This document shows positions 38,090-49,123 of a stretch of 64,000 bases of DNA, in pieces. The first letter of the stretch is position 1. Every line of letters starts with the position of its first letter. The position numbers and the translations under genes are program-made. A model generated the notes under the pieces. The model was not told the origin of the DNA, ran no database searches, and saw only the letters and a list, made by a program, of their open reading frames with translations. The DNA is taken from NCBI GenBank assembly GCA_051874735.1, contig JBJEGD010000031.1, positions 66,681 to 130,680 of the forward strand, given 5' to 3'. The DNA comes from Candidatus Bruticola sp. (lineage in GTDB: Bacteria > Vulcanimicrobiota > Xenobia > Xenobiales > Xenobiaceae).

Positions 38090-41000
38090 ATGGGTACCAT
38101 CTATATTGGGCGCTATAAAGTTATAGAAGAACTGGGAAGAGGCGGTATGGGAGTAGTGTATCGCGGTGAAGATCCAGTGCTAGAACGTCAAGTCGCTATA
38201 AAAGTTCTGCCTCCCAAAAAGATGACCCCTAAGTCTATTGAACGCTTTCTGCGCGAAGCAAAAACAGCGGCCCGTCTAGATAGTCCTTATATTGTTAAAA
38301 TTCACGATATCGGTCAAGTTGACGACATACATTTTATTGTTATGGAGTATGTCGAAGGCAGTTCACTTGGCGATATGATTGAATATGAAGAGGTTCCGAC
38401 TGCGGAACAGCTTCGTTTGCGTCTAAAAATATTCCGCCAAGTTATGGAAGCTGTGCGGTATGCTCACGAAAATGGGGTAATTCACCGCGACCTTAAGCCC
38501 GACAACATTATGGTTAATAAATCTGGCCACGTTAAGGTAATGGACTTTGGTTTAGCCTTTTTCGCCGGTCAGCATTCTCTTACCGAAGTAGGTCAAGTTA
38601 TGGGCACTGCTGCTTACGTGTCTCCAGAACAAGCCGTAGGCAAGCTGACCGACGAGCGCACTGATATTTATTCTTTGGGCGTCATTCTGTTCGAGCTTAT
38701 TACTGGTCGTTGGCCTTTCAGTGCTGGCAATCCTTTGGAAATGTTCCGTAAAGTGGCTGAGGAGCCGGCTCCTTCTCCGCGCATTTACAATAAAGGGATT
38801 TCTCCCGGCTTAGAAACTTTAGTTCTGCGGTCGTTGCGCAAGAAAGTTGAAGATCGTTTTTCCTCTGTAGCAGAAATGCTCGAAAGTTTCGATGCGTGCT
38901 TGCGCAACGATATTTACGCGCCTTCAACGTCCGTTTCGGCAGCCTCTCTTGCAGTTGACAAGATGACTGGTACGGCCAAACATTCTCGTTTGCCGGCTCC
39001 TTCTTCTGCGCGTTTCAATGCTTCCAAAGCTGGAGCTGCTCCCGAATTAGCCTCTTCCTTGCCTCCTTCAGCTGAATCTAATAGTCGGCGTCTGCCCGAT
39101 CCTTCGAGAGTAAGGCGTTTGCCCATAGGCCAAAACCATATCTCAGAAACTATACAGGCTGCAGCTTCAGCTCCGTCAGTGGTAGCGGCGCCTGCGGCGC
39201 CGCTTAAGGACAGAAAAAATTCTATGCCGGTTTCAGGATCTTCCCGTTTGGTGCGATCTACTAATACGAGACCAGCTGTAGTCATCAATTCTGCTGCTGC
39301 TTACGAAGCTGATATCGCCCGTCAAAACGAGCAGTCTGCCAAAGCGAGCCGGAAGGCGGGCGGGGTCATTACTATCGGTGGAGAGGAAGCCTTCCGCACT
39401 TCGGTGGCTTCTTATAGCTCTCAAGAGCAGCAGCCAGCTGTCAAGGCTGAAGAGTCTATTATTAAGCCGGAGGCATTTCCTCAGAAAGTATCACTGCCTA
39501 CGCCTGGTCCGCCAGTTCGCCGTGTTATTCAAGAAACTAGTGTAGCTGCTCCCTTAAATTTCTCTGCTGGTAGTGTAACTTCACCTGCCCCTTCAGCTGG
39601 AGCAGTTCAGATACCTATTCCTAAAATAGAACCTGCCCCTTTAGTAACAGAACCTAAGAATGAACTGCCTGCGCTTTCTGCGCCTAAGGAAAATAGCGAA
39701 GGAGGGAGTAGTGCTGCTCCTAGGCGTTTTGTTGGGGGCAGCGGTGCCGCTGTAGCTTCTAATGCTTGGATGGCCGGTGTCGAGGAAAAAATTTCTCCGT
39801 CCTCTCCTTCAGAAGCAGAAATTATGCCTGATGCGGCAATTTCAGAAGCCGTGTCTGAACGCGATCTGGAAACGGTTATTAAGTCTGGTTTGTCAGCCTT
39901 CAAAGATTCGCGTTTCTCAGAAGCCGCTTCTGAGTTCAGCTTAGTGCTGTCCCGCGATCCGGAGAATATTCAAGGACTTATAGGTTTAGGGCGCGTTCGT
40001 TGTGAATTAGGCGAATACGACTCTGCACGTTCTTTAATTGAAGAAGCAGTTAAGTACGCTCCTGACAGTCACGAGCCTTATGTTGCTTTAGCCGATTTTT
40101 TCTCCAGAACAGAGCAACCAGCCTTAGTTATTTCTGCCTTACATAAAGCGCTCGACCGCTGTGAATATGACAATATGCTGCGTTGTCGTTTGGCCTTTCT
40201 CTATTTTTCTCAAAGTAGGCCCGACGTAGCCTTTGAGCAGTATTGTGTTGCTTTAGAACAAGCTCCTGACGATTTCCAAGTTAATTATCAGTTCGCTCTG
40301 TTCCTTGTAACTCAAGAGCGATATAAAGAGGCTCTGAATTGTTTGCACAGAGCTTGCAATGCTCAGCCCGATAATGGTGATATTTACAGTCTTTTGGCTG
40401 ATGTTTGTCTCAAATTGGGCGATACAGCTCAAGCTCAAAGCGTACTGGAAAGAGCGCTTGAAGCTGGTGTACGTGTCGATTCCGGCGTTCATACTGATTG
40501 GGCCTCTCTTTACATGGCTCAAAATAATGAAAAACAGGCTGTCAGCGAATTGAGTGAAGCTTTAGAAGCAGAGCCTGGACACATAGAGGCTTCCATAAAG
40601 CTTTCCGCTCTGTTTTGCCATCACAATCAGCTTAGCGAAGCTGTTCGAACTTTAGAACAAGCTTTAAAGTTCCATCCCAATAGTTTGAGTTTGCATAGGC
40701 GTTTAGGAGAAGTGTTTATTTTGGGTGGTTCCTTGGAAAAAGCCATGGATCACTTTGAACAGATTGTTAAGTTGGAACCAGCCTGCGCCGAAAACTACAA
40801 CCGCTTAGGTCGATTATCTCTCAAGAAACATTACGATGCTTCTTCCGTTGAACAGTATCAGAAGGCCGTTGAAGCGCATCCTGTCAATCCGACCTATCGC
40901 GAAGATCTGGCTATGGTGTATTACTGCATGGGTAAGTATCAGGCAGCTATCGCCGAGTTGGTAAAAGCCTGTCGTCTAGATTACACTAATCCAGATTATC

Positions 41001-41974
41001 CAAAGTCCTTAGGTATTATGCTTTTAGAGTTAGGGGCTTATGAAGACGCCATGCGTCAGCTCCAGAGTAGTTTATCGCTTCGTCCTAATGACGCTCAGGC
41101 TCGAGGAATGTTAGGTAGAGCTTTGGCGGGGCAGGGTCTGAACAATTTAGCGATTATCGAATTCCAAAAGGCTATCGACAGCGATCCTGATATGTACCTA
41201 TTTAACCTGCCTTTGGCCAGAGCCTATGCCATGCAGGGACGTCACGATCAGGCTGTGCTGTGCTTTAAACGTTTCCTCAATGTCATTCCTGACAGCAGTA
41301 GTTTCTATTCTGTTTACAATGCTTATGTGGGCGTTGGGCGCAGTCTGATTGCTAATGGTGAATTAGTGGGAGCCTTAGAGGTGCTGTCTTCTATTTTAGT
41401 GCGCGATCCTTACAATGCTGAGGCTTGTATTGGTCTAGCTAAGGTTTGGCTCAGCAAGAAGAATTATGCTAAAGCTTCCAGCTTTGTAGAGGAAGGCTTG
41501 AAATCAGCTCCCCACTATGCTCCGCTGCTGCTAGTCAAAGCTGATATTTTGGGAGCTCAAGATCGGTGGAGTAGTGCTGTTTCTGCATTACTTGAGGCCG
41601 TTCAGGAAGCGCCGCATAATCACCATATTGTGGAACAGCTGGGCCGAGCCTACCGCAAATGCGGGCGTCTTCAGGATGCTATAGAAATTTTCTCCAAGGC
41701 TGCCGAAGATTTTCCCGAATTTAGCGGCCATTTCTATTGGCTTAAAGGGCGTGTTCTTTATCGTCAGGGGCAGTATGAAGCTGCCGTTTGGTCTTACCGG
41801 CAGGCCGCAGAGACTGATCCTGAGGATTGGCGTATATATTTAGATATGGGCAAAGCGTACAGTAGTTTGCAGCAGCTCGACGAAGCTGCTGGGGCCTACA
41901 GAAGTGCTGAACGCTTAGCTCCTGCTGAAGAAAAGAAGCAGATTCGCTCTTTACTTAGCCGTCTGCGCCGTTAA
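38090..41974 (+). CDS. Ser/Thr protein kinase with P/S/A-rich linker and a long C-terminal TPR array
   Basis: LGRGGMGVVY, VAIK, HRDLKPDN, DFG, SPEQ; about 300-aa disordered linker; many TPR units. Confidence 0.95.
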   Translation: MGTIYIGRYKVIEELGRGGMGVVYRGEDPVLERQVAIKVLPPKKMTPKSIERFLREAKTAARLDSPYIVKIHDIGQVDDIHFIVMEYVEGSSLGDMIEYEEVPTAEQLRLRLKIFRQVMEAVRYAHENGVIHRDLKPDNIMVNKSGHVKVMDFGLAFFAGQHSLTEVGQVMGTAAYVSPEQAVGKLTDERTDIYSLGVILFELITGRWPFSAGNPLEMFRKVAEEPAPSPRIYNKGISPGLETLVLRSLRKKVEDRFSSVAEMLESFDACLRNDIYAPSTSVSAASLAVDKMTGTAKHSRLPAPSSARFNASKAGAAPELASSLPPSAESNSRRLPDPSRVRRLPIGQNHISETIQAAASAPSVVAAPAAPLKDRKNSMPVSGSSRLVRSTNTRPAVVINSAAAYEADIARQNEQSAKASRKAGGVITIGGEEAFRTSVASYSSQEQQPAVKAEESIIKPEAFPQKVSLPTPGPPVRRVIQETSVAAPLNFSAGSVTSPAPSAGAVQIPIPKIEPAPLVTEPKNELPALSAPKENSEGGSSAAPRRFVGGSGAAVASNAWMAGVEEKISPSSPSEAEIMPDAAISEAVSERDLETVIKSGLSAFKDSRFSEAASEFSLVLSRDPENIQGLIGLGRVRCELGEYDSARSLIEEAVKYAPDSHEPYVALADFFSRTEQPALVISALHKALDRCEYDNMLRCRLAFLYFSQSRPDVAFEQYCVALEQAPDDFQVNYQFALFLVTQERYKEALNCLHRACNAQPDNGDIYSLLADVCLKLGDTAQAQSVLERALEAGVRVDSGVHTDWASLYMAQNNEKQAVSELSEALEAEPGHIEASIKLSALFCHHNQLSEAVRTLEQALKFHPNSLSLHRRLGEVFILGGSLEKAMDHFEQIVKLEPACAENYNRLGRLSLKKHYDASSVEQYQKAVEAHPVNPTYREDLAMVYYCMGKYQAAIAELVKACRLDYTNPDYPKSLGIMLLELGAYEDAMRQLQSSLSLRPNDAQARGMLGRALAGQGLNNLAIIEFQKAIDSDPDMYLFNLPLARAYAMQGRHDQAVLCFKRFLNVIPDSSSFYSVYNAYVGVGRSLIANGELVGALEVLSSILVRDPYNAEACIGLAKVWLSKKNYAKASSFVEEGLKSAPHYAPLLLVKADILGAQDRWSSAVSALLEAVQEAPHNHHIVEQLGRAYRKCGRLQDAIEIFSKAAEDFPEFSGHFYWLKGRVLYRQGQYEAAVWSYRQAAETDPEDWRIYLDMGKAYSSLQQLDEAAGAYRSAERLAPAEEKKQIRSLLSRLRR

Positions 41975-42101
41975 GTAATTATGGGGGAGGATTAGCAGAC
42001 TCATTTAAAAAAGTTTGCACATTGATATTTGTAGTTATTGTGACCAGTTGAGCTACTGTAGCTGAAAAGTTTGGGAAAGTTCAGCTGATCGGAGGTTTCA
42101 C

Positions 42102-43046
42102 TTGAATATAAACGTGTTCAGAAACATGCGCCTCAATATATTAGCTGCTGCGGCTTTAGTGTTCGTACTTATAAGCAGTACAAAAATGTCTGCCCAGCAG
42201 GCTGCGGCCGCTGAGCCAGGAACTAAGGATAGCGGTTATGCCGTACTAATTGTTGGCGACGAATCTAAGCCAGATATGGCGCGTGCAGAAAAAGAGTTAA
42301 TTGCGGAAATTACCAAGCTATTAGTAGAAAAAGACGACAAGGGTGCCTATAAATATAGTCGGGCCCGATCGGGGATGCAGGTATTTTCCTATCACGTTAA
42401 TCACGAGCGTGAAAAACAGTTCTGTGAGAAGAAGCTTAACATTTTAGGGGAAGATTTACTTTTCTTGGGAGTTATTTCTCTTAATGGCCGGTTGCCCGGT
42501 AAGGTCGTTTACCGAGTCGATCGCATTGTAAATGAAAAGCGAGCTGCAGCTGAAATTTTTAATTATGCGGAAGAGTTGTTAGCTGGTGGGGCTCTGCCTG
42601 CTGTACAAACTCCAGCTAAGTCAGAAACGGCAGTTAATAAACCTGCAGCGATCGCTAGTTCCGATACAGATAAAAAGACGACTTCAGTCTCTAAACCTGC
42701 TGTCAGTGCCCCCAGTTCTTCTTCTGTTTCTACTTCTAATACTGCTGCTAGCCGTCCCGCTGTGCAGGCTCCGTCTTCTAAGAAATATCCTCCTGTTCCC
42801 GAAGGCAAATATTTAAGCTGTCAGGTTGGCGCTTTCTCTAATGAAGTCAATGCCAAAGAATTAGTTGACGATTTGAAAGCTAAAGGATATGAGGCTGCTT
42901 ATCGCAAGTTCGAGCGTTCTGGAGGCAGTTTCTTCTACAGGGTGTACTCTGGCTCGTTCTCAACCAGAGCTGACGCTGAGGCTGCTTTGCAGCGTCTCAA
43001 AGAGCATGGTTTCGATAAAGCCATTTTAGTAACTCTAGACAAATAA
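42102..43046 (+). CDS. exported SPOR-domain protein
   Basis: Signal peptide, S/P/A-rich linker, QVGAFSNEVNA..L...L..KG, YRVYSGSF. Start may be ATG 42126. Confidence 0.85.
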   Translation: MNINVFRNMRLNILAAAALVFVLISSTKMSAQQAAAAEPGTKDSGYAVLIVGDESKPDMARAEKELIAEITKLLVEKDDKGAYKYSRARSGMQVFSYHVNHEREKQFCEKKLNILGEDLLFLGVISLNGRLPGKVVYRVDRIVNEKRAAAEIFNYAEELLAGGALPAVQTPAKSETAVNKPAAIASSDTDKKTTSVSKPAVSAPSSSSVSTSNTAASRPAVQAPSSKKYPPVPEGKYLSCQVGAFSNEVNAKELVDDLKAKGYEAAYRKFERSGGSFFYRVYSGSFSTRADAEAALQRLKEHGFDKAILVTLDK

Positions 43047-43061
43047 CGAGCTGTTAAGTTC

Positions 43062-45110
43062 GTGAATTCATCAGTAAACAAATATGCCCGTGTTGTAATC
43101 GAATCTTCAGCGCGGGCATTAGATCGTATGTTCACTTACGAGATACCGGAGGAATTCCAAAGCGGCTTGGCCGTAGGTTGTGTGGTTGAGGTTCCTCTAG
43201 GGTCTCGTTTTTTAAATGGCGTAGTTGTTGATGTCTATACTGAACTTAGTGAGCAGGATAAACAATATTCTCTACGTCCTATATCCCAGGTTTTGGAGGC
43301 TGCGCCTTTTTGGGGTGGCGAGTTAATGAAATTGGTGCAGATAATGCGTCAATTTTATGCCGGATCTTGGTATGATAGCTTTCAAACTGTAGTGCCTACG
43401 CCAGTTATGAAGCGGTTGCGTTCAATGTGGGCGAAAAAAAGGGTACTTTCTAAGAAGCGCTTGAAATCTGAAATAAAAGATATTTCTGATTATCCTCTTT
43501 TGCCACTCACCTCAGAGCAGGACAAAGCTGTAGAAATGATTTGCCGCTCTGCTGATGATGGTAAGCCTGTTCTACTTTATGGAGTAACTGGAAGCGGAAA
43601 AACTGAGGTCTATTTGCAGGCTTTGCACCGTATTTTAAAACAGGGAAGACAAGGCATAGTGCTAGTGCCGGAGCTCTCTCTTACTCCTCAGGCTATAGAG
43701 CGTTATTGTGGCCGTTTAGGTGATAAAGTTGGTGTTCTTCATTCCGCTTTAGGTGATGCTGAAAGGCGCGATTATTGGTGGGCCATGCGGCGAGGGGAAC
43801 TGAGCGTCGCTTTAGGCACGCGATCCGCGATATTTGCTCCTTTTGAAAATATTGGCTTTATTTGCGTTGATGAAGAACACGAATCATCCTATAAACAAGA
43901 AAATCAGCCGCGTTATCATGCTCGTCAAGTGGCTTTTATGCGAGCTAAACAGCATAAAGCTGCTCTTGTATTGGGTAGTGCAACCCCTTCAATTGAAAGT
44001 TACTATTTGGCGCAGAAAGGGGTCTATCGTTTAGCCAAACTGAATAGCCGCCCCGGTGGACGAAAACTTCCTCCCATTCGTTTAATAGACATGCGCTTAG
44101 AGAAAAAAAATGGCGGCTTAATTTCTCAAGCTTTAAAAGAGGCTTTAAAACTGCGCTTGAGCAGAGGAGAACAGTCTGTTTTGCTTTTGAACAGGCGCGG
44201 CTTTGCCGGCAGTTTGCAGTGCAACGCCTGTGGCTATGTGCCTCATTGTCCTAATTGCAGCATAAGTTTAGCCTGGCATCGCCAATCTAAAAAATTGATT
44301 TGTCATTACTGTGATTATCGCCAAGAAGTAAGCGGTTTCTGTCCTAAATGTAAGGATATAAAATTTAAGATGGGAGTACCTGGGGCTGAGCGGCTGGCTG
44401 CTGAGATTGCTGAGTTATTTCCTGGAGTTGGCATATCTAGGCTAGATCGCGATACTGTTTCCAGAAAAGGTTCTCATCAGGCCATTTTAGAGGAATTCAG
44501 CAGCGGTAAGACACAAATTTTATTAGGTACAAAAATGATAGCTAAGGGGCTGGATTATCCCAGAGTTACTTTAGTGGGCATTTTGAGAGCTGATGCTGAG
44601 CTCAGTCAGCCCGATTTTAGGGCTGGGGAACACACCTTTCAGCTGTTGAGTCAAGCGGCTGGCCGAGCTGGCCGAGGTGATTTGGGAGGAGAGGTTTTTC
44701 TGCAAGTTTGGGATGCAGAAAATCCTGTCATCGACGCCGTAGTCAATTACGACTATCAGTCTATGTATGAAAGTGAAATAAAAATAAGGCGTCAACTCCT
44801 TTATCCGCCCTTCCGACGCCTGATTCGCTTTATAATTTCTGGTGAGGACGACTTGCAAGTACAAACAGCGGCTGCTCAAGCTGCAGATATACTGCGGTCA
44901 GCTTTCGCAGCCGATGAGGTTGTGGGCCCAGCCCCATGCCCTATAGAGCGCCTGCAGGGATTATACCGCCGCCATTTGCTAGTGAAAGCTAAGCCGGAAT
45001 ATAGTTTGCGCCAATTAGTTTCATTTTGTACTAAGGTTGCCGCTGAAGTGGGGGAAAAGAATAATGGTACGCGCTTATCTGTAGACCCCGATCCCCAGTC
45101 CCTTATTTAA
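43062..45110 (+). CDS. priA: primosomal protein N' (PriA)
   Basis: GVTGSGKTEVY, DEEHE.SYKQ, GSATPS, two Zn-finger CxxC pairs, AKGLDYP, GRAGR. Confidence 0.96.
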   Translation: MNSSVNKYARVVIESSARALDRMFTYEIPEEFQSGLAVGCVVEVPLGSRFLNGVVVDVYTELSEQDKQYSLRPISQVLEAAPFWGGELMKLVQIMRQFYAGSWYDSFQTVVPTPVMKRLRSMWAKKRVLSKKRLKSEIKDISDYPLLPLTSEQDKAVEMICRSADDGKPVLLYGVTGSGKTEVYLQALHRILKQGRQGIVLVPELSLTPQAIERYCGRLGDKVGVLHSALGDAERRDYWWAMRRGELSVALGTRSAIFAPFENIGFICVDEEHESSYKQENQPRYHARQVAFMRAKQHKAALVLGSATPSIESYYLAQKGVYRLAKLNSRPGGRKLPPIRLIDMRLEKKNGGLISQALKEALKLRLSRGEQSVLLLNRRGFAGSLQCNACGYVPHCPNCSISLAWHRQSKKLICHYCDYRQEVSGFCPKCKDIKFKMGVPGAERLAAEIAELFPGVGISRLDRDTVSRKGSHQAILEEFSSGKTQILLGTKMIAKGLDYPRVTLVGILRADAELSQPDFRAGEHTFQLLSQAAGRAGRGDLGGEVFLQVWDAENPVIDAVVNYDYQSMYESEIKIRRQLLYPPFRRLIRFIISGEDDLQVQTAAAQAADILRSAFAADEVVGPAPCPIERLQGLYRRHLLVKAKPEYSLRQLVSFCTKVAAEVGEKNNGTRLSVDPDPQSLI

Positions 45111-45663
45111 TGAATTGCTGCAGACCTTCAGTCAACGAGGCGCATCTTTCAACTTTATTGTAACGCTGCTGAGTCAGTTGGGAAGCTTCCTTTAGACCGT
45201 ATCCTGTAGAAGTAAGAAAACAACGGCATCCCAGGGAGAGTGGGGCCTCGATATCAGTGATTTTATCACCGAAGGCTATAGAACTGGAGAGATCCAGATC
45301 CCAATCTTGCTGGGCCTGCAAGTACATGCCTGGTTTAGGTTTGCGACAAGAGCAATTTTTTTCCGCCGCAGATACTGAAAACTGAGGATGGTGAGGGCAG
45401 CAATACATGGCTTGGAATTGAGCCCCATAAGTACGTAAATCATTCTGCATATAATCGTAAACTTTATTTACGTCGTCCATAGTGAAATAGCCTCGGGCTA
45501 CTCCTGATTGGTTAGTAACCATAATCAAGAGCCATCCTTGCTTGTATAAAGCGGCTAAAGCTTCAGGTACTCCTGCAATCCAGCGAACTTGCTCAGGTTT
45601 ATGCAAAAAATTCACTTCTTCAATTAGGGTACCATCTCGGTCTAAAAAAATAGCTTTATTCAT
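45103..45663 (-). CDS. gmhB: D-glycero-D-manno-heptose 1,7-bisphosphate phosphatase (HAD-IIIA)
   Basis: FLDRDGT, TNQSGVARG, CPHHP, CSCRKPKPGM, GDKITD. Confidence 0.88.
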   Translation of the reverse strand: MNKAIFLDRDGTLIEEVNFLHKPEQVRWIAGVPEALAALYKQGWLLIMVTNQSGVARGYFTMDDVNKVYDYMQNDLRTYGAQFQAMYCCPHHPQFSVSAAEKNCSCRKPKPGMYLQAQQDWDLDLSSSIAFGDKITDIEAPLSLGCRCFLTSTGYGLKEASQLTQQRYNKVERCASLTEGLQQFIK

Positions 45664-45928
45664 TAAATTACTACTCTATTTTGGTCATTAGCTACTTTGT
45701 CAGTAAAGTATGACCGCGCTGTCTTTTCCTTTTTTATAAAATGTAGATTAAGTGATGCATCTAGTTCCCGGGTAATCTCTGTAACGGTCAATTTTTTTCC
45801 TGCTTACATAAATAAAAAAGTAGTTGACCATCTTTGCTTTATAATTCTGGGGAGGGTAGCTTATTTTCAGCGTAGAAAGTTCGATTGTTTGATAAAGTTG
45901 TTTAACAGAAGTCGGAGGCTCTTCACTT

Positions 45929-46627
45929 ATGGGTAAACGCACCATTAACATCGCTATTGATGGACCTGCCGCTGGAGGTAAAACTACTGTCGCACGTTTG
46001 GTGGCGGCTCGCTTAGGTCTTTTGTATTTAGACACGGGAATGATGTATAGGGCAGTCGCTTGGCAGGCCCTAAAGCAAGGGTGCGTTTTAGATAACAACC
46101 AGGAGTTAGGCCGCTTAGCTGAAGCCATAAATATGCATTTGGAACCTGATAGTAGCGTCTCTGCCGGATGTCGAGTTATAGTTGACGGTGAAGATATTAC
46201 TGAAGAATTGCACGGGCCAGCGGTTAACAGATCCGTATCTAAGGTAGCCAGTTGCTCTTTGGTGAGAGTAGAAATGGTTAAAAGGCAGAAGTCGATGGCC
46301 GAAGCTGGTGGTATAGTTATGGCTGGCCGCGATATCTGCACGGTGGTTTTGCCCGACGCAGAGCTTAAATACTTCCTCGACGCCTCTTTGGAAGAGAGAG
46401 CTCGCCGCCGCTTGTTGGATATGCAAAACCGTCTAGACAATGCTCTCACTTACGATGATATTTGCCAGCAGTTGGCTGCCCGCGATTATGAAGATACTCA
46501 CCGTTCCGATTCACCTTTAAAACGTTCTCCCGATTCAGCTTACATAGACTGTACGAGTATGAGTGCAGAAGCTGTCGCTGATATTATCTGTCAAGACTAC
46601 GCGGAGGCTTCCCGAGCTAATGAATGA
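45929..46627 (+). CDS. cmk: cytidylate kinase
   Basis: IAIDGPAAGGKTT, LDTGMMYRA, GRDICTVV, RD..D..R..SPL. Confidence 0.96.
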   Translation: MGKRTINIAIDGPAAGGKTTVARLVAARLGLLYLDTGMMYRAVAWQALKQGCVLDNNQELGRLAEAINMHLEPDSSVSAGCRVIVDGEDITEELHGPAVNRSVSKVASCSLVRVEMVKRQKSMAEAGGIVMAGRDICTVVLPDAELKYFLDASLEERARRRLLDMQNRLDNALTYDDICQQLAARDYEDTHRSDSPLKRSPDSAYIDCTSMSAEAVADIICQDYAEASRANE

Positions 46628-47411
46628 ACCGAGCGCTGAGAAGAATTGGCCTACACAGATAAAGGCAGAACATGGGGAAAAAACTGTCTGTTGCGGTTTG
46701 CCTGCAGTCGATTCTTTGCTCTCTATTCCTGAAAGTTTGCGCCATACGTCTTTAGGTAAGGTTTGTTTAAAGCCGCCCGATTTTAAGCAAACTTTGTATA
46801 AAGTAGCTCGCAGTGCCGTTTATTTGTATTGCAGTACTCTATTCGGCGTCGATACAGAAGGTGTGGAAAACATACCGAAAGATGGAGGTTGTCTGATTGC
46901 TTCTAATCATGTCTCTCTTTTCGATCCACCTTTAGTCAGTATTGCTATTAAATTTCGTCAGGTTCATTTTGTGGCCAAAAAGGATCTCTTTATGATCCCC
47001 TTACTGGGCCCTGTGTTGGCCGGTTGCGGCTGTGTTTGGGTAGACAGGAGCTCTAAAGATGGGAGCTCCGTCAATCAGGCTGTCGATCTGTTGAAAAGCG
47101 GACGCCTAGTTGGCATTTTCCCTGAAGGAACCAGATCCAAAGACGGAAAACTGCAGCGGGGTAAGTTAGGCGTTGCAGTGATGGCCCTTAAGAGTGGAGC
47201 TCCTATTGTACCGGCTTGCGTTTTTAATACTTATGAAGTAGGACAAAACCATGGTATCCCTTGCGGACGTCGTTTGAGCATCCGCTTCGGTAGTCCTATA
47301 TTTGTAGGTTTAAATGAACAGCCCGATCCTAAGGCCATGAAAGAAGTCAGCAATAAAGTTATGACAGCTATCGCTGATTTACAGTATCTAGGTCCGGTTT
47401 CCCCCAGTTGA
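46620..47411 (+). CDS. plsC: 1-acyl-sn-glycerol-3-phosphate acyltransferase
   Basis: SNHVSLFD (NHxxxxD), FVAKKDLF, IFPEGTRS. Start placed at ATG 46620, overlapping the cmk stop. Confidence 0.9.
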   Translation: MNEPSAEKNWPTQIKAEHGEKTVCCGLPAVDSLLSIPESLRHTSLGKVCLKPPDFKQTLYKVARSAVYLYCSTLFGVDTEGVENIPKDGGCLIASNHVSLFDPPLVSIAIKFRQVHFVAKKDLFMIPLLGPVLAGCGCVWVDRSSKDGSSVNQAVDLLKSGRLVGIFPEGTRSKDGKLQRGKLGVAVMALKSGAPIVPACVFNTYEVGQNHGIPCGRRLSIRFGSPIFVGLNEQPDPKAMKEVSNKVMTAIADLQYLGPVSPS

Positions 47412-47493
47412 GTCGTTTTTTTGCTTATACTGCCGCATACTTTGCACTCTGTCATGTTAGCCGGAGTGCTTTATAAATAGGAAATAAATACGT

Positions 47494-48867
47494 ATGAACA
47501 ATCAAATTAAGCCGCGTCTAAACAGCAGTGCCATGGTTGCCATCGTGGGGCGCCCCAATGTAGGCAAATCCGCGCTGTTTAATCGTTTGACTGGTGAACG
47601 CAAGGCTATTGTAGAAGATACGCCAGGTATTACTCGCGATCGTATTTACGGTACTTGTGAGTGGAATGGGCGGACTTTTACCGTTTGTGATACAGGGGGT
47701 ATCGATCCTAACGATCCCGACATTCTGCGTCGTGACATACATCAGCAGGCTCAAATCGCCGTAGATGAATCTGATTTGGTACTTTTTGTGGTGGATATTA
47801 GGGCTGGTGTTCAGCCTCTCGACGAAGAAGTTGCCAATATTTTGCGTCGCTCTAAAAAACCGGTGTTGCTTATTGCCAATAAAGCTGAAACTTTGGAAGT
47901 AGAAACTCACGCCGTAGAATTTTATGCTTTGGGTATGGGCGATCCTTATCCAGTCTCAGCTATACACGGGATTTCTACTGGCGATTTATTAGATGCTATT
48001 TTGGAGAGGTTGCCTCAAGAAGTTAAGCCCAGTGAAGAACAAGAAATTTCCATAGCTTTGGTTGGTCGTCCTAATGTAGGTAAATCTTCTACTATGAATA
48101 GGTTAATTGGCCAAGAGCGCAGCATTGTGCATAATGAAGCTGGTACAACGCGTGATTCTGTGGAAACATTGGTTGATTTTGACGGTCGAGTTGTGCGGTT
48201 AATTGACACTGCCGGTTTGCGCCGTCAGGCTAAAATTGATGAAAACGTAGAATTTTATTCTAGCGTCCGAGCTGCTCAATCTTTGGAAAATGCCGATGTT
48301 GCTATTTTAGTCATCGATGCTAGAGATGGAGTAGTGGCTCAGGATAAGCGCGTAGCCGGAGAGGTGCACGAAGCCGGCAAGCCTTCGGTAATTGTCGTTA
48401 ACAAATGGGATTTAGTTAAAGAGTTAGCAGGATCTGAAGCTGGAGGCCAAACTGGCGGAGCTAAAGTTGAGGAATGGAAGCAGCGTTTTGTTAAAAAACT
48501 GGGCAAAGATCTAGAATTTATGGCCTATGCTCCAGTAATTTTCTCTTCTGCTCTGACTGGCGATGGAGTTGATGAGATTTTAGAGGCAGCTTTAGAATCT
48601 TACGATGAATCACGCCGTCGCGTACCTACGCCCGTCCTCAATCAAGTGGTTAAAGAGGCCGTAGCTTTGCGTCCGCCGCCAAGTTACAAGGGAGATCGTT
48701 TAAAAATTAAATATGTCAGTCAGAGACCTTCGGCTCCGCCTCGATTTACTTTTAAATGCAATTCTCCCGACTTAGTCCATTTTTCTTATAAACGCTATTT
48801 GGAAAATCAGCTGCGCGAGGCTTTCGGTTTTGTGGGTACACCTATTGAGCTGAAATTTGTTAAATAG
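47494..48867 (+). CDS. der: ribosome biogenesis GTPase Der (EngA)
   Basis: Two GRPNVGKS G-domains, DTGG/DTAG, YKRYLENQLRE..F.GTPI. Confidence 0.97.
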   Translation: MNNQIKPRLNSSAMVAIVGRPNVGKSALFNRLTGERKAIVEDTPGITRDRIYGTCEWNGRTFTVCDTGGIDPNDPDILRRDIHQQAQIAVDESDLVLFVVDIRAGVQPLDEEVANILRRSKKPVLLIANKAETLEVETHAVEFYALGMGDPYPVSAIHGISTGDLLDAILERLPQEVKPSEEQEISIALVGRPNVGKSSTMNRLIGQERSIVHNEAGTTRDSVETLVDFDGRVVRLIDTAGLRRQAKIDENVEFYSSVRAAQSLENADVAILVIDARDGVVAQDKRVAGEVHEAGKPSVIVVNKWDLVKELAGSEAGGQTGGAKVEEWKQRFVKKLGKDLEFMAYAPVIFSSALTGDGVDEILEAALESYDESRRRVPTPVLNQVVKEAVALRPPPSYKGDRLKIKYVSQRPSAPPRFTFKCNSPDLVHFSYKRYLENQLREAFGFVGTPIELKFVK

Positions 48868-49123
48868 AGTAGTTCTTCTGGCTGCGTCTATTGGCTGAGG
48901 CGTACAAGTAGTGTTCTGTAAACCGGAAGTTTATATATTACAGTGGGCGGATTTTATCTATTAACGTGGAAATTATGCCCCTGAGGCGCTGTTGAGAGCC
49001 TAGCCAGATTGTTGGAAAGGGTAGTGCGTCTTTTAGTGCCGTGCCAAGCTGATGCAAATTTACAGCGCCATCAGCGCACAGCCATTGGTCTGGAAAGAGT
49101 TTTCCGCATTTTGGAGGAGTAGA

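Noticed and set aside
45748-46449. 233-aa minus-strand ORF
   Set aside because: Antisense shadow of cmk. The same applies to the many short antisense ORFs inside the SPFH gene, DUF711, rarA, kinase, der, def and proteases.
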